Part shown: positions 10,492 to 20,580 of the stretch, piece by piece
Numbering within the stretch: position 1 is the first letter of the stretch
Layout: every line of letters starts with the position of its first letter
The notes under the pieces: model-generated
Told to the model about the DNA's origin: nothing
What the model saw: the letters and a program-made list of their open reading frames with translations, nothing else
Databases searched by the model: none
Translations under genes and position numbers: made by a program
IMG/VR virus record: IMGVR_UViG_3300022856_000003
DNA from: a virus
Reading direction: 5' to 3' (one strand)
Length of the DNA stretch: 64,000 bases

Positions 10492-11435
10492 GCGTCAAGC
10501 TGTACGGAGGTCGCATCCGCAGGATGGGCATCACGAACATCCATGCGTGGCAGTTGAATCTACAGAAGGCTGCTGACCAGATGACTCAGGCCGCGCGGTT
10601 GTTCGCGTATGACTTCGTCTTCAATCAGGCAGTACGTCGTGCAGACCTTCTCGCCTGCGGTATGCCGTTTCACGGCGAGTTCCCCTGTGCCCCTGACCAG
10701 GCTGCATTCCAAGACCCTGCGAATGCATTGAGTCCGTTCAGCGCGGCCTGCGAACTCTACCAAAAGCGGGTCGAGAATCTAAAGAAGGGCACACGCGATC
10801 CCCTGACGGATCGCTCGATGGAGCTGTGTTGGCACATGCAGATCGACGGGAGCATCCTGGTCATCCTCTACGGCGAGCGAGATCAGAAAGCGATGGCCAC
10901 GAAGCTCCTCGGTCTCGATGACTACCACTACCAGAACCAGTCTGATCCCTCGGAGGACTGCTCCAAGCAGGAGTGGGCCGAGCGCGGGACAGCATGGTCG
11001 ACCCTGTTGGACGGATGGAATGCGGCTCCCGCCGCGAGGATGTCCACCTTCCAACTGGCTCCCCCACCCGAGTTCCTCATCTGGTGGAAGGGTCACCACC
11101 CTGAGAACCTGACGTGCGACACGCTTCCCGAGCGACTCCACCAGCTCGCCACCGAGCGTATCCACCTCGAGCACCCACTCCCGAAGAAGGATGGAGAGAC
11201 CATCGGCGATTTCGTCGGGAACATGGGTGCCCACATCACCGACATCAAGAGCAGGACGAAGCCGGGAGGTGATCTCCAGAACCGATGGCTCGAGATCCTC
11301 GTTGACTGCAACGAACGCATCCCGGCGGAACCCAGTCTGGAGTGGGTCAAGACGCGACGTGCCGCACCCACGGTCGGACCTACGGCGCTCGATGCTGCTC
11401 TCGACGAGATTGAGAAGTCGAAGGACTCCTCATGA
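10488..11435 (+). CDS. hypothetical protein with acidic C-terminal tag
   Basis: DYHYQNQSDPSE motif; ends PTALDAALDEIEKSKDSS. Confidence 0.7.
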   Translation: MSVKLYGGRIRRMGITNIHAWQLNLQKAADQMTQAARLFAYDFVFNQAVRRADLLACGMPFHGEFPCAPDQAAFQDPANALSPFSAACELYQKRVENLKKGTRDPLTDRSMELCWHMQIDGSILVILYGERDQKAMATKLLGLDDYHYQNQSDPSEDCSKQEWAERGTAWSTLLDGWNAAPAARMSTFQLAPPPEFLIWWKGHHPENLTCDTLPERLHQLATERIHLEHPLPKKDGETIGDFVGNMGAHITDIKSRTKPGGDLQNRWLEILVDCNERIPAEPSLEWVKTRRAAPTVGPTALDAALDEIEKSKDSS

Positions 11436-11586
11436 TCGACCGGCTCCATCGCCTCCTGGGGCTCGCCGTGGTTACGCCCTATGTGGTCGCCTGCGTTCTG
11501 TTCGCAGGGGTCGGTGTATGGTTGCTGTCACGACCTGACTCGCACGCAATCACCGTGGCCTGGTTCAAGTGGTGGGGGTTCTGGAC

Positions 11587-11907
11587 ATGAACAAAATCGA
11601 GCATCTCTTGTCTTGTCTCGCGGAGGAATCCGCAGAGGTCGTCCAGGCGGCGATGAAGATCCATCGCTTCGGACAGCACGATGGATACCCAGGTACCGAC
11701 CGCACCAATATCGGTGATCTGGCACATGAACTCGACGACCTCGCCGGGGTAGTGTCCATGCTCCGCGCCGAAGGAATTCTGCCGCCCGAGGACCACAACC
11801 GGGTGCAGGCAAAGGTGCTCAAGGTCGAGAGGTTCATGGAACACGCACGGAAGACTGGGGCTTTGGAATGCCACACAACGGACGTAACAGAACCGGAGAC
11901 TGACTGA
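11587..11907 (+). CDS. MazG-like NTP pyrophosphohydrolase
   Basis: LAEESAEVVQAAMKIHRFG...ELDDL (EExxE...ExxD). Confidence 0.7.
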   Translation: MNKIEHLLSCLAEESAEVVQAAMKIHRFGQHDGYPGTDRTNIGDLAHELDDLAGVVSMLRAEGILPPEDHNRVQAKVLKVERFMEHARKTGALECHTTDVTEPETD

Positions 11908-12031
11908 TGGTGGAGCCCTACCTTACCGGTGACCCAGAGCCGATAGAGCGCGACTACAGGCTGATCGATACCGCACTACGTCTGTACGTGTGGGTGATCT
12001 GGCTGACAATTCTGTGGCTCGTGTTTTCGTG

Positions 12032-12601
12032 ATGAGGATCGGAATCATCGGGGCAAAAGGTCACGGCAAGGACTCAATCGCTGACATCCTGATCGACGAG
12101 AACGGCTTCCGAAAGGTCGCGTTCGCTGATCCCATGAAGGAGATGCTTCACGTTGGCCTTGGCATCTCTCGCAAGATTCTCTACGGGCCTGCCGACGTGA
12201 AGGAACGGGTTCTCCCGGAGTTCGGTGTGTCGCCGCGACACATGTTGGTGACCCTGGGGACCGAGTGGGGCCGAAGGCTCATTCATGAAGACCTATGGAC
12301 CAACATCGCGATGCTCAGGACCCTCCCGCTCTATGAGCTTGAGCATGGTGTTCAGTCTTGGGTAGCTTCCGACGTGCGCTTTATCAACGAGGCAAAGGCT
12401 CTCGTAGAGGCTGGATTCGTCATGTTCAAGGTGGAGCGACCTGGATACGTCACGAAGACGGGCGAGCACGCAGGGCATCAGTCGGAGACGGAGCTGAACG
12501 ACATCGAGTACGACGTGTTGATCAGGAACGATTCCACACTGGAAGATCTGCACGAGAAGGCTAGGCGAATACTCAAGGCCATGCGACACGCCAACCCTTG
12601 A
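12032..12601 (+). CDS. deoxynucleoside monophosphate kinase (T4 gp1-like)
   Basis: IGIIGAKGHGKDS P-loop, AFADPMK, LGTEWGR, SDVRFINE, HQSE. Confidence 0.9.
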   Translation: MRIGIIGAKGHGKDSIADILIDENGFRKVAFADPMKEMLHVGLGISRKILYGPADVKERVLPEFGVSPRHMLVTLGTEWGRRLIHEDLWTNIAMLRTLPLYELEHGVQSWVASDVRFINEAKALVEAGFVMFKVERPGYVTKTGEHAGHQSETELNDIEYDVLIRNDSTLEDLHEKARRILKAMRHANP

Positions 12602-12661
12602 CTCGCTTTGATTGTTCAGCTACAGTAATTGCGTGACCTCGATCTCCCGCAAGGTGCGGGA
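12598..12661 (+). promoter_or_regulatory. sigma70-like promoter plus AAGGT-loop hairpin
   Basis: TTGACT-17-TACAGT; TCCCGC-AAGGT-GCGGGA at 12645-12661. Confidence 0.75.
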
Positions 12662-13076
12662 CTGGAGATATCGAATGCGCGACTTCTACGCTCGAATCAT
12701 CAAGAATGCCGCCCGAACCAGCGAGACTCTCAAGTCGGCCCGAGCCTGCCCACAGGTCGAAGAGGCCGTGTGCTTCCTGAGCGAGTCCGAAGCTGCCGCG
12801 ATGTTCGAGGAAGCTCGATGAGCGAGCGCAAAGAAGTTCGCATCCTCGGATCTAACAAGGTCACCCGTTTCAACATGCTGTTCGACGACGGGACAGACCG
12901 CCTCGAGTTTGGTACCCGCGCTGGCGGATACATCATCCGAGAGGACTCGATCGAGCGTGGTGAGACCATCGTTGATGGTTGGCTGACACTCGCGCAGATG
13001 GACCTCATCCGCGACAACTTCAAGGCCCTGGCAATGGGCACGATGACTGAGGCAGAAGCACTCGGCACGGTCGACG

Positions 13077-13640
13077 ATGCTTCCTGAACCACTCAGAACG
13101 CTCCAGGATCAGAAGAGGTTCCACGAGGAGATCAAGCGCGCATATCGATGGCTCGATATTGATGTGGACCCGAAGGCGGCATGCCTCTACTGGGCGATGG
13201 CCACGCTGATCGCGGCTGAACGAAATCGATTGCGCGAAGACTTCGGCTGGGACTTCCAGCTCCAAGGCGGCACAGCTTCATTCGTTCGCCTTGCTGACGA
13301 AGACGACGACGGGCATGAGGACACGCACAACGCCTTCTCCTACGTCTTCGAGGATAGCCAGGTCACTCGAACCGCTATCCGAGAAGGTCGGCTCCCAGAG
13401 ATGCACGTCTGGGTCGCCTGTGCGGTCAACGGCGTCATCGTCGATGTGACCACTGGCTTTCAGCCCGCCCAGTGCCTTGCTCGCGGGAAGATGCCATGGA
13501 CGGCTCCAAAGCCTCCACCGTTCGTCATGTTCGGTGTGGACGATCCGCCGTCCGGTCTCTTCTACGCACCCAGTAGACCCGGAACAATCCTGGCGCATGC
13601 CTTCGCAGAAGACGCGATGCGCGAGAGGAAGAATCGATGA
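13077..13640 (+). CDS. hypothetical protein (possible Cys-His-Asp transglutaminase-like triad)
   Basis: ACLYW...MHVWV...IVDVT. Confidence 0.45.
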   Translation: MLPEPLRTLQDQKRFHEEIKRAYRWLDIDVDPKAACLYWAMATLIAAERNRLREDFGWDFQLQGGTASFVRLADEDDDGHEDTHNAFSYVFEDSQVTRTAIREGRLPEMHVWVACAVNGVIVDVTTGFQPAQCLARGKMPWTAPKPPPFVMFGVDDPPSGLFYAPSRPGTILAHAFAEDAMRERKNR

Positions 13641-14347
13641 GTCAAGTACCCATGTACGCCCACTGCCGAATCCCGAAGGACCTGACCCGTAAGCACTTCG
13701 ATCTGATGATCGAAGCCTGCGGGAAGATCGATCCGCAGTTGTTCCCTGCGTTGCTTGAGATCGACCCGAACGGTGGCGACTGGCGAGGAGAACTCGGCGA
13801 GGACCATGCAGACGCCACTCTGCGTCGTCGCGACTCGGCTGGTGTCCTGTCGGCTGGAGACTCCGAGAAGATCAACAAGGAGATCGAGGGTCTCGAGCTT
13901 CTCGCGAAGCATCACTTCATCGAGAACACCCTCCGAGGAGCTGTGGACATCTTCATCGCTCCACGCCTCGACAAGAACCTGGAGCCGCCCGAGTTCACGG
14001 GAATCATGGACCCGCTCGACGACGACAAGTGGCTAATCCTCGTGACCGGTGGCATGTCGAGTGGAGGTCTTCCGAACGAGGACTATGCCTTGCTCTGCAT
14101 GCTGGCTTTCAGCCACGTCACCCGCGTGGATCTCAAGGAGCTGCTGGCCGACGAGATCGTCACGGAGTTCGAGATCGGAAGCCCAGGTTGGGATATGGAC
14201 GGCCTGCTCAACGATGAGGTGGCTCACATCTCGGGCTACGAGGGCGATGGAGTGAACGACGAAGGGACGCGAGGCCAGGTGTTCTACCTACTCAACAATG
14301 GAGTCGATCGCGAGAAGATCGAGAAGCTCCTGAGCGGTACAGGCTGA
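13637..14347 (+). CDS. hypothetical phage protein
   Basis: LVTGGMSSGGLP motif; coupled ORF. Confidence 0.65.
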   Translation: MSQVPMYAHCRIPKDLTRKHFDLMIEACGKIDPQLFPALLEIDPNGGDWRGELGEDHADATLRRRDSAGVLSAGDSEKINKEIEGLELLAKHHFIENTLRGAVDIFIAPRLDKNLEPPEFTGIMDPLDDDKWLILVTGGMSSGGLPNEDYALLCMLAFSHVTRVDLKELLADEIVTEFEIGSPGWDMDGLLNDEVAHISGYEGDGVNDEGTRGQVFYLLNNGVDREKIEKLLSGTG

Positions 14348-14940
14348 TGGAGCTGGATTCCTTCGCCCCAGGCACCAGCTACGCATACGCCCTGGTGCGT
14401 GCGGCTTACCGAGGTAGCTATCCCGGGTCGAGGCTTTCTTGGAGGAAGCTGAATCCAGCTCTCATGTCCGCACTCAACTTCGCCATCGAACACCAGTTCA
14501 AGTTCAAGCTGGGCGAGATCGAGAGCATCTTCAAGAATTTCAACGGCGCATTCTGGTTCGGTGACCGCGAGTACATCTACACCCGGTCTTGTCGTGTCGG
14601 AAATGTGAGTGCAGCCAACTCATACGAGAACTGGGTAGGTAGGAAGCCCTTCCGATGGGACGGTGCCTCGGAACAAAGGCCATACGACCTGGGAGTGAAC
14701 CGGCTATGCGTCGGTGCCTACTTCTACGTGGAAAACGAGGAATGGTGCGTGACCTCGTTCACCGATGATGGTCACAGTGTCAACGTCGTGCAGTACAAGG
14801 AGTGCCGGGCTGGCGAGCCTCGTATCAAGAAGGTGAGCCGTCGCTGGTCCATCCCACTGTCTTTACTCCGTGTGAAGCGGAAGGAAGCCAAGCGTGACGA
14901 TGAGATCAAGAAGGCCCAAGATGCGATGGAGGTTTCATGA
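14347..14940 (+). CDS. hypothetical phage protein
   Basis: Coupled ORF. Confidence 0.65.
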   Translation: MELDSFAPGTSYAYALVRAAYRGSYPGSRLSWRKLNPALMSALNFAIEHQFKFKLGEIESIFKNFNGAFWFGDREYIYTRSCRVGNVSAANSYENWVGRKPFRWDGASEQRPYDLGVNRLCVGAYFYVENEEWCVTSFTDDGHSVNVVQYKECRAGEPRIKKVSRRWSIPLSLLRVKRKEAKRDDEIKKAQDAMEVS

Positions 14941-15302
14941 GTACACTCGAAGGCATGTTGAAGGCCGCGAGGAAGAAGTACCTCGCCAACATCAGTGCTC
15001 GATTCGACCTTGAGTTCGAGCGTCTCGAGTGCGTGACGCACGCTTTCAGGCAGCACAGTCAGAACTACATCGACTTTCAGACCGGCCCCCAGCTCGACAT
15101 CACCGTGACCATCAGTCGGCCCGAGAGGTTCAGGCCAGGCTCGATCCGAATAGGGCTCACAGCCACGGGAGCTGTGGAAACGTGGTGGAACAGCCGCGAC
15201 GACTTGCCGCTAGTCCATGGGCGCTTGACGATGGAAGCACTTGACCCGATCGAGGTAGTCGAAGCGGTCCTGACTAAGGTCAGAATCGACCTGCACCATT
15301 GA
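14937..15302 (+). CDS. hypothetical protein
   Basis: Coupled ORF. Confidence 0.6.
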   Translation: MSTLEGMLKAARKKYLANISARFDLEFERLECVTHAFRQHSQNYIDFQTGPQLDITVTISRPERFRPGSIRIGLTATGAVETWWNSRDDLPLVHGRLTMEALDPIEVVEAVLTKVRIDLHH

Positions 15303-15424
15303 GTGTTCCGAGGCGCATATCCGCGCTCTGTGCCGGTCCGTGATAGCCCTAGACCACAGCGACGCACACTCGCGCCCCTGAGAACTACAAAGTCTCTACG
15401 GGGCTCTACGAGCCTCTACGGAGG
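15291..15424 (+). repeat. non-coding GCACCATTGAG element, copy A
   Basis: CACCATTGAG(15294)-N21-GCTCTGTGC(15325); ends with three CTCTACG at 10-bp period. Confidence 0.75.
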
Positions 15425-15446
15425 TCAGTGTTTTCGACCCGTTTCG

Positions 15447-15515
15447 TTGCGCTTGTCGATGTTCAGTGCTATAGTCATCACATGTCCCACCCCTTATCTC
15501 CAGGAAGGTCCTGGA
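15447..15515 (+). promoter_or_regulatory. extended -10 promoter plus AAGGT-loop hairpin
   Basis: TTGCGC-17-TATAGT (TGn); TCCAGG-AAGGT-CCTGGA at 15499-15515. Confidence 0.75.
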
Positions 15516-15528
15516 TCGAGGTGCAGAG

Positions 15529-16164
15529 ATGACGCCAGAAATTATTCCAGGTTGCTTCGTTCAGTCGACCCAGACTTCAAAGTCAAAGGGTCATCTGCCG
15601 ATGGGCGTGGTAGGGAAGGTCATCAAGATGGCCAACTCGAGCTACGCCGAGAAGTGGTGGGTCCAGGACATGGACGGCACGAGCTACTGGCCGATGACGA
15701 AGTATCTGGCAGTTCTGGACGATCCTGGAGTGTGCTTCTCAACGCCCTGGGAAATCAGCCAGGGCGAGAGCGAGACGGGGCCTGGGAAGCGGCTCATCTT
15801 CACGATGAAGATCTGCTCCGTAAGTCGGTCCGGTGCGGCGGCGAAGGTTCGTATTTCCGGTATGAACGCATTCAAAGAGATCTGGCTTCCGGTAAGTCAG
15901 GTGCCTGCCCTTCAAATCACGGTTCGTGGTGCCACGGTCAATGCGTGGGTTCCAAACTGGCTCGTCGCGAAGAAGGGCATAGAGAAGTACGCCCAGCTCG
16001 CCCCGCCCACGGCACAGTCTGACGAAATCGATTTCATCGAGATGTCGAAAGCCCGTCCTGTGAAACCGACACTCAGGGAGTTCCTCGAGCCCTATCTTCA
16101 TCCTGCACAGATGGTGATCACGACAGTGGACGTTGAGTCCTGCCTGGACTTCATGTGCGAGTAG
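15529..16164 (+). CDS. hypothetical protein with C-terminal LDF-type tag
   Basis: Ends TVDVESCLDFMCE. Confidence 0.7.
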   Translation: MTPEIIPGCFVQSTQTSKSKGHLPMGVVGKVIKMANSSYAEKWWVQDMDGTSYWPMTKYLAVLDDPGVCFSTPWEISQGESETGPGKRLIFTMKICSVSRSGAAAKVRISGMNAFKEIWLPVSQVPALQITVRGATVNAWVPNWLVAKKGIEKYAQLAPPTAQSDEIDFIEMSKARPVKPTLREFLEPYLHPAQMVITTVDVESCLDFMCE

Positions 16165-16592
16165 ATCACCCAGACAGACGAGACGCTCGGATCAGGAGAC
16201 TCCAACTCCGCAATCCGATGATGAAGAAAAAGGACATGTTCTTTGAACGATCGCTCGGTCATTCCACTGAGATCATGAGGAATCTCCCAAGCGATCTGCC
16301 TCGCTGGATGGATGTCCGAATGGCTCTCGCATGGATGATTCTCTATGGCTACGACAAGCAGAACGATGACTCGAGGGAGCTGGAGGACCTGTTAGCTCAG
16401 AAGCTCCAAGAGCTATTGACAAAGCTCGAATGGCCGAATGCTGTTAGGGCTCGACTCATAGATCACTTCTTCCAGTTCGATACCAGGCGGCAACGTCGTA
16501 TGGGAGGTCGTGCCATTCCCATACGGCGGAAGAAGCGCGAGCCAACAGTCGAAGATGTCATCGGAGAGGCTTTGGACTTCCTGTGTCGGTAG
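16155..16592 (+). CDS. hypothetical protein with C-terminal LDF-type tag
   Basis: Ends EPTVEDVIGEALDFLCR. Confidence 0.65.
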   Translation: MRVDHPDRRDARIRRLQLRNPMMKKKDMFFERSLGHSTEIMRNLPSDLPRWMDVRMALAWMILYGYDKQNDDSRELEDLLAQKLQELLTKLEWPNAVRARLIDHFFQFDTRRQRRMGGRAIPIRRKKREPTVEDVIGEALDFLCR

Positions 16593-17068
16593 TGCCAGAA
16601 GCGGTAGTAGTGCCGGAAGACCATTTCGACACTGTGGATTCACGCAGAGCCCGCGTGGAACGCATGAGGACCATCAAAAGGCTCAAAGAACGCGGTCACA
16701 TAGTCATCCATCGTCAAGAGTTCCTCGGTCTTTCCGCGCGCTGCGCTGCTGGGATCTTGGCGTTCATCCCATCGAACCAAGAGGGTCTCACATCAGTCCG
16801 GTCCCTACTCACTGAGGTCATCCTCTATATCTACCTCTACCATCCCCAGGGGAACGAGATGGAGCTGCTATACGAGCAACTCCTTCGCGAAGCCTTCGAG
16901 AAGTACGAGTGGAAGATGGACAACATCATCGAGACTAGGAGACGACTCCGACAGTTCAAAAGGACTATGCCCCCGAGGGGCCAACCTATGAAGATGAGCA
17001 CGCCCGACGAGTTCGTCACTGTCGACGAGTTCATCACGGAAGTATTAGATGCGGTCCTGTTGGACTGA
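16583..17068 (+). CDS. hypothetical protein with acidic C-terminal tag, probable paralogue of the upstream gene
   Basis: Ends VTVDEFITEVLDAVLLD; shares RxRxxRxR start and EL..LL..L.E core with 16155..16592. Confidence 0.65.
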   Translation: MSVVPEAVVVPEDHFDTVDSRRARVERMRTIKRLKERGHIVIHRQEFLGLSARCAAGILAFIPSNQEGLTSVRSLLTEVILYIYLYHPQGNEMELLYEQLLREAFEKYEWKMDNIIETRRRLRQFKRTMPPRGQPMKMSTPDEFVTVDEFITEVLDAVLLD

Positions 17069-17087
17069 TCTTTCGTCACCCTCTCGC

Positions 17088-17165
17088 TTGACAACGGCAA
17101 CCGAACCGATATAATGGGTGTGCGGGACATCCACCGCATCCACCGATTCTCTGCAAGGTGCAGAG
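17088..17165 (+). promoter_or_regulatory. consensus sigma70 promoter plus AAGGT-loop hairpin
   Basis: TTGACA-16-TATAAT; CTCTGC-AAGGT-GCAGAG at 17149-17165. Confidence 0.85.
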
Positions 17166-17178
17166 CAGGAGACCCGAA

Positions 17179-17529
17179 ATGCCTACTACGCCCATCAAGA
17201 AGCTCTCGATTGTCGCCAAGGTCCGTTCCACACGGAAGGCCAAGCGCATGGACACTCGATTCACCGGCAAGATGGGCGTCAAGGGGATCAGTGGTGTCCA
17301 CTACTACGAAATCACCGTCGTCGGCGGCCAAAGCGTTCCTGAGCGGATGGCATGCTCCTGCCCCGCACATCGCTTCGGCCGCGCGAAGATCGTTCAGCAG
17401 ACGGGCATGTGCAAGCACATGCACAAGGTCATCCAGGAGCTTGCTGCCAACCCCGATGTCAGCCGAACCGAGAACGGCGATGTCATCGTCTACTCCCCCC
17501 AGACCATCCGCGCGCTGGCTACCCGATGA
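17179..17529 (+). CDS. SWIM zinc finger protein
   Basis: ACSCPAH...MCKH (CxC...CxH). Confidence 0.75.
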   Translation: MPTTPIKKLSIVAKVRSTRKAKRMDTRFTGKMGVKGISGVHYYEITVVGGQSVPERMACSCPAHRFGRAKIVQQTGMCKHMHKVIQELAANPDVSRTENGDVIVYSPQTIRALATR

Positions 17530-18105
17530 ACCATCGTCGCCAGAACAAGCAGGACTACCCGTACAACGACACGGCCCGCAAGGGCGTCGAGAAGGACGCC
17601 GCCAACAAGGAGCGTCGTCGTGAAGACCGCAGAGAGGAGCAGATCTGATGGGCACACCCTGTCGATGCGGAATGGGGACCACGGGTGGCTGTTGCTGTTC
17701 GGAACCCGGAACAGGACCGAGTCTTCAAATCGACCTCGACACTCTTCGGTACGCGACCCTGACGGGAGCGAAGCAGAACTCGCTCGCTCGCATCCTGGCC
17801 TGGACTCTCGACGGACTCAAAATGTCGCCCGGTGAGGTTCGACAGGCCATCAAGATGGCTGGAACGCTCGTGGGTCATCAGGAAGTCCTCAACTACGAGC
17901 ATCCGCTACTCCACGACCCGGTGGTCTCCTGCGCGAGCAAGGAGCAACTCGAGATGCACCTAGTGAACCGCTTCGACGGTACTCCGAACGCAGAGGGCGT
18001 CATCGCCCACAAGAGTGGCGTCATCGAAGGCGTGAGGATGCAAGTAGGAGCCAGGTCGGAAGAGTCGACCGGTCACGCAGTGAAGCGCGCGATGAGTGGT
18101 CGAAA

Positions 18106-18771
18106 GTGACCGAAGAACTCCTGAAAGAGTGGACGTTTCGCCTGAGCGAGCAACAGATCGCGGACAAGGTGGCCAACGCATTCATCAACGACGGCAAGTT
18201 CCGTGGGGCGGTCATCAGCCGTATCCTCCGCGACCACAAGGACGAACTCGTTGGAGCTGTCAAGAAGGAGTACGAGGTCAACGGAAACCTCTGGAACAAG
18301 CAGATCCTCGACCATGGCGCTTCCCGCGCGAAGGCTGAAAAACTTCGCATTCATGCGCGTCTGAGCAACGCGGCTGACGCATTGATTTCGGATGCGGTAA
18401 AGAAGAGCCTCCCCATCTGGTTCTCGAACGACAAGATCGAGAACATGGTCGTGAAGATCCTTCGTGGAGGGGTCCACAAAGCCTTCGCTCGCCGCGCTCG
18501 GGATTGGGTGGACAAGTGGAAGCCTGCTCTCGTAAAGGGACTCGACGACGACGAGGCCAGGTGGGAAGAACTCCGGCCCAGGATTCAACAAGTCATCGGC
18601 TCCCATGGGAACGCGATCTCAGTCGAGGAAGCCATTCTCATAGCTCTCGATCACGACTTCCCTGGCAAGTCTGCTTTGGCTATCGGCGAGAGCATCATTC
18701 GAGACCCACTCAAGAAGCTGGCGGATCTGGTGGCTGAGCCCTCTTTCCTCCCGCAGGACATGGCAGATTGA
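18106..18771 (+). CDS. hypothetical protein
   Basis: Coupled ORF. Confidence 0.6.
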   Translation: MTEELLKEWTFRLSEQQIADKVANAFINDGKFRGAVISRILRDHKDELVGAVKKEYEVNGNLWNKQILDHGASRAKAEKLRIHARLSNAADALISDAVKKSLPIWFSNDKIENMVVKILRGGVHKAFARRARDWVDKWKPALVKGLDDDEARWEELRPRIQQVIGSHGNAISVEEAILIALDHDFPGKSALAIGESIIRDPLKKLADLVAEPSFLPQDMAD

Positions 18772-19015
18772 TAGTTCCCCACGCCTCTCTGAATCGAATG
18801 AGTCTGGATGGGATCCAGTCCGTCACTCGTCTGTATGAAGCCATCCAGCGGCACATTCTCACCGCAAAACCCGTGAGGAGCTTCTCTGGAATAGCGTTCA
18901 CGGTGGAGGACTCAGACGCCGTCTTGGCGTACTTCGCTTTCCTCGGCTGGCATGTGGTCTTCCTCAAGTTGAACCACGATTCCACCGTTCACCTGGGCGT
19001 CAAACTGGAGCAGAT

Positions 19016-19696
19016 GTGAAGCTGACTACCGACAAGATCAAGGAGGCGCTCGCCGCGCTCACTTCTGAGGACTTGGTCCACCTGGATCCGTTCGACGAAG
19101 CCTCGAACTACAACGGCACGCCCGCTTCCGATTGGAAGCGAGTCAAGAAGGTGAAGGACGGCGCAGGACGTACCGTCCGCAGCTTCGTGATCGCGGGTGA
19201 GGACTACCCGGCGATCGTGGTGACAGACACGCGGGATGAGAAGATTCTGGGTATCTGGACCGACTCGACAGGTCAGTTCATCGAAGACCCCGAGGATGTC
19301 GTAGCACTCAGGGATGAGGATCAGCCGTGGCGTCCTCCGACGAAGCCGAGCGACTACGTCTTCATCTTCGCTCCGACGGATACGGCCATTGGTCCTATGG
19401 TCTACGTCACGCCGAAGGGACTGTTCGACAGGGAGAAGATTGTCGTCGACCAGTCGTGGGCCAACGGGTTCTTGGAAGTGTGTGACGACGGGATGAACAG
19501 CCGCCCAATCCAAGGGCTCTACGAGGAGACGGAGTCGACCTACTCCTGGGACATGAACGGCGAGATCGACGAAAGCTGGCTGGGCTTCAAGCCCACGGTC
19601 ACCCTCCGCACCGAGCGCGACGTGCGACTCCACCTCTCGGCCATGGGTCTCGAGGAGCGGCAGCGGCCCAAGGTCTGGGGGCAGCACGATGAGTAG
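19016..19696 (+). CDS. hypothetical protein
   Basis: Coupled ORF, typical codon usage. Confidence 0.65.
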   Translation: MKLTTDKIKEALAALTSEDLVHLDPFDEASNYNGTPASDWKRVKKVKDGAGRTVRSFVIAGEDYPAIVVTDTRDEKILGIWTDSTGQFIEDPEDVVALRDEDQPWRPPTKPSDYVFIFAPTDTAIGPMVYVTPKGLFDREKIVVDQSWANGFLEVCDDGMNSRPIQGLYEETESTYSWDMNGEIDESWLGFKPTVTLRTERDVRLHLSAMGLEERQRPKVWGQHDE

Positions 19697-20019
19697 CAAT
19701 CGAGTCGACCTCGTCGTCTACTTCAAGGTCGTGGGCGAGGTTGATCTGATGGAGCTGATGGAGAAAGCCTACGAGGCCGACGACACATGGCCTTACTCAC
19801 AAGAGGGTGAGGCCACAGAACCAGGGTGGTTTTCCATCACGCTGTCTTCTCTGACTCACGACGGATTCGACTCCGAAGTGATCTCTGCTGATCCCCAGAC
19901 CGAGTGGGAACTGGCCTCGTTCGAGTTCGCTGAGCACGGTGTGACTATCGAGCCGATCAAGAAGGTGGCGATGGTCCAGTGGTACGACGCCGCTGACCGA
20001 CCCTTCCCGGAAGGTCTCT

Positions 20020-20580
20020 ATGAAGCCTGACCTGACCATCTGCCACTACTGCCAGCGACCAGTCATCGTGGTGGTTCATGGCTCGACTGACTACCCGTAC
20101 CCGTACCGTCGAGACTATGGCCCGAGGCTCTCATGCCCGCCCTGTGCGGCCCACGTCGGCTGTCACTTCAAGGACCCGACGAGGCCACTGGGCACAGTCG
20201 CGAATGCTGCCGACCGTGAGCTACGGAAGCGCGCTCACGAAGTTCTGGACCCTCTGTGGAATGGTCAGAGGAAGAAGAAGCTGACGCGAAAGAAGGTCTA
20301 CGCCGAACTCGACAGGTCTCTCGGTCGCGAGATCCACATCTCCTGGAATCACGGGAACGACCTCGAGCAGATCATTGCCGCCGCTCACCTCATGGCTGAT
20401 GGAGCTGCGGTCATCGCGCCCGACGGTGTCGAATACTTCTGCCCAGCCTGCAAGACCTTGCGTCTGCATCTGGTAGGCCCACCGACCGAATGTCGGCAAT
20501 GTGGGGCGACAGAGGGGCTCGTCACAGGGAAGCCTGGTACTCTGGACATCGAAGCACTCCGAGGTGGGGACAGTCCATGA
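20020..20580 (+). CDS. DUF3268-like zinc finger protein with extra C-terminal Zn ribbon
   Basis: CHYC...CPPCAAHVGCH...PLGTVANAADRELRKRAHEVLDPLW; CPAC..CRQC. Confidence 0.75.
   Translation: MKPDLTICHYCQRPVIVVVHGSTDYPYPYRRDYGPRLSCPPCAAHVGCHFKDPTRPLGTVANAADRELRKRAHEVLDPLWNGQRKKKLTRKKVYAELDRSLGREIHISWNHGNDLEQIIAAAHLMADGAAVIAPDGVEYFCPACKTLRLHLVGPPTECRQCGATEGLVTGKPGTLDIEALRGGDSP

Noticed and set aside
12604-12620. TGTTCAG as a LexA SOS box
   Set aside because: No consistent second half-site at the spacing of the Gram-positive, alphaproteobacterial or Myxococcus LexA boxes.
15303-16022. 239-aa + strand ORF, and the upstream extensions of 37452..38105, 42150..43193 and 54987..55745
   Set aside because: They overlap better-supported genes or run through promoter and repeat DNA, with atypical Arg/Ser/Pro-rich composition.
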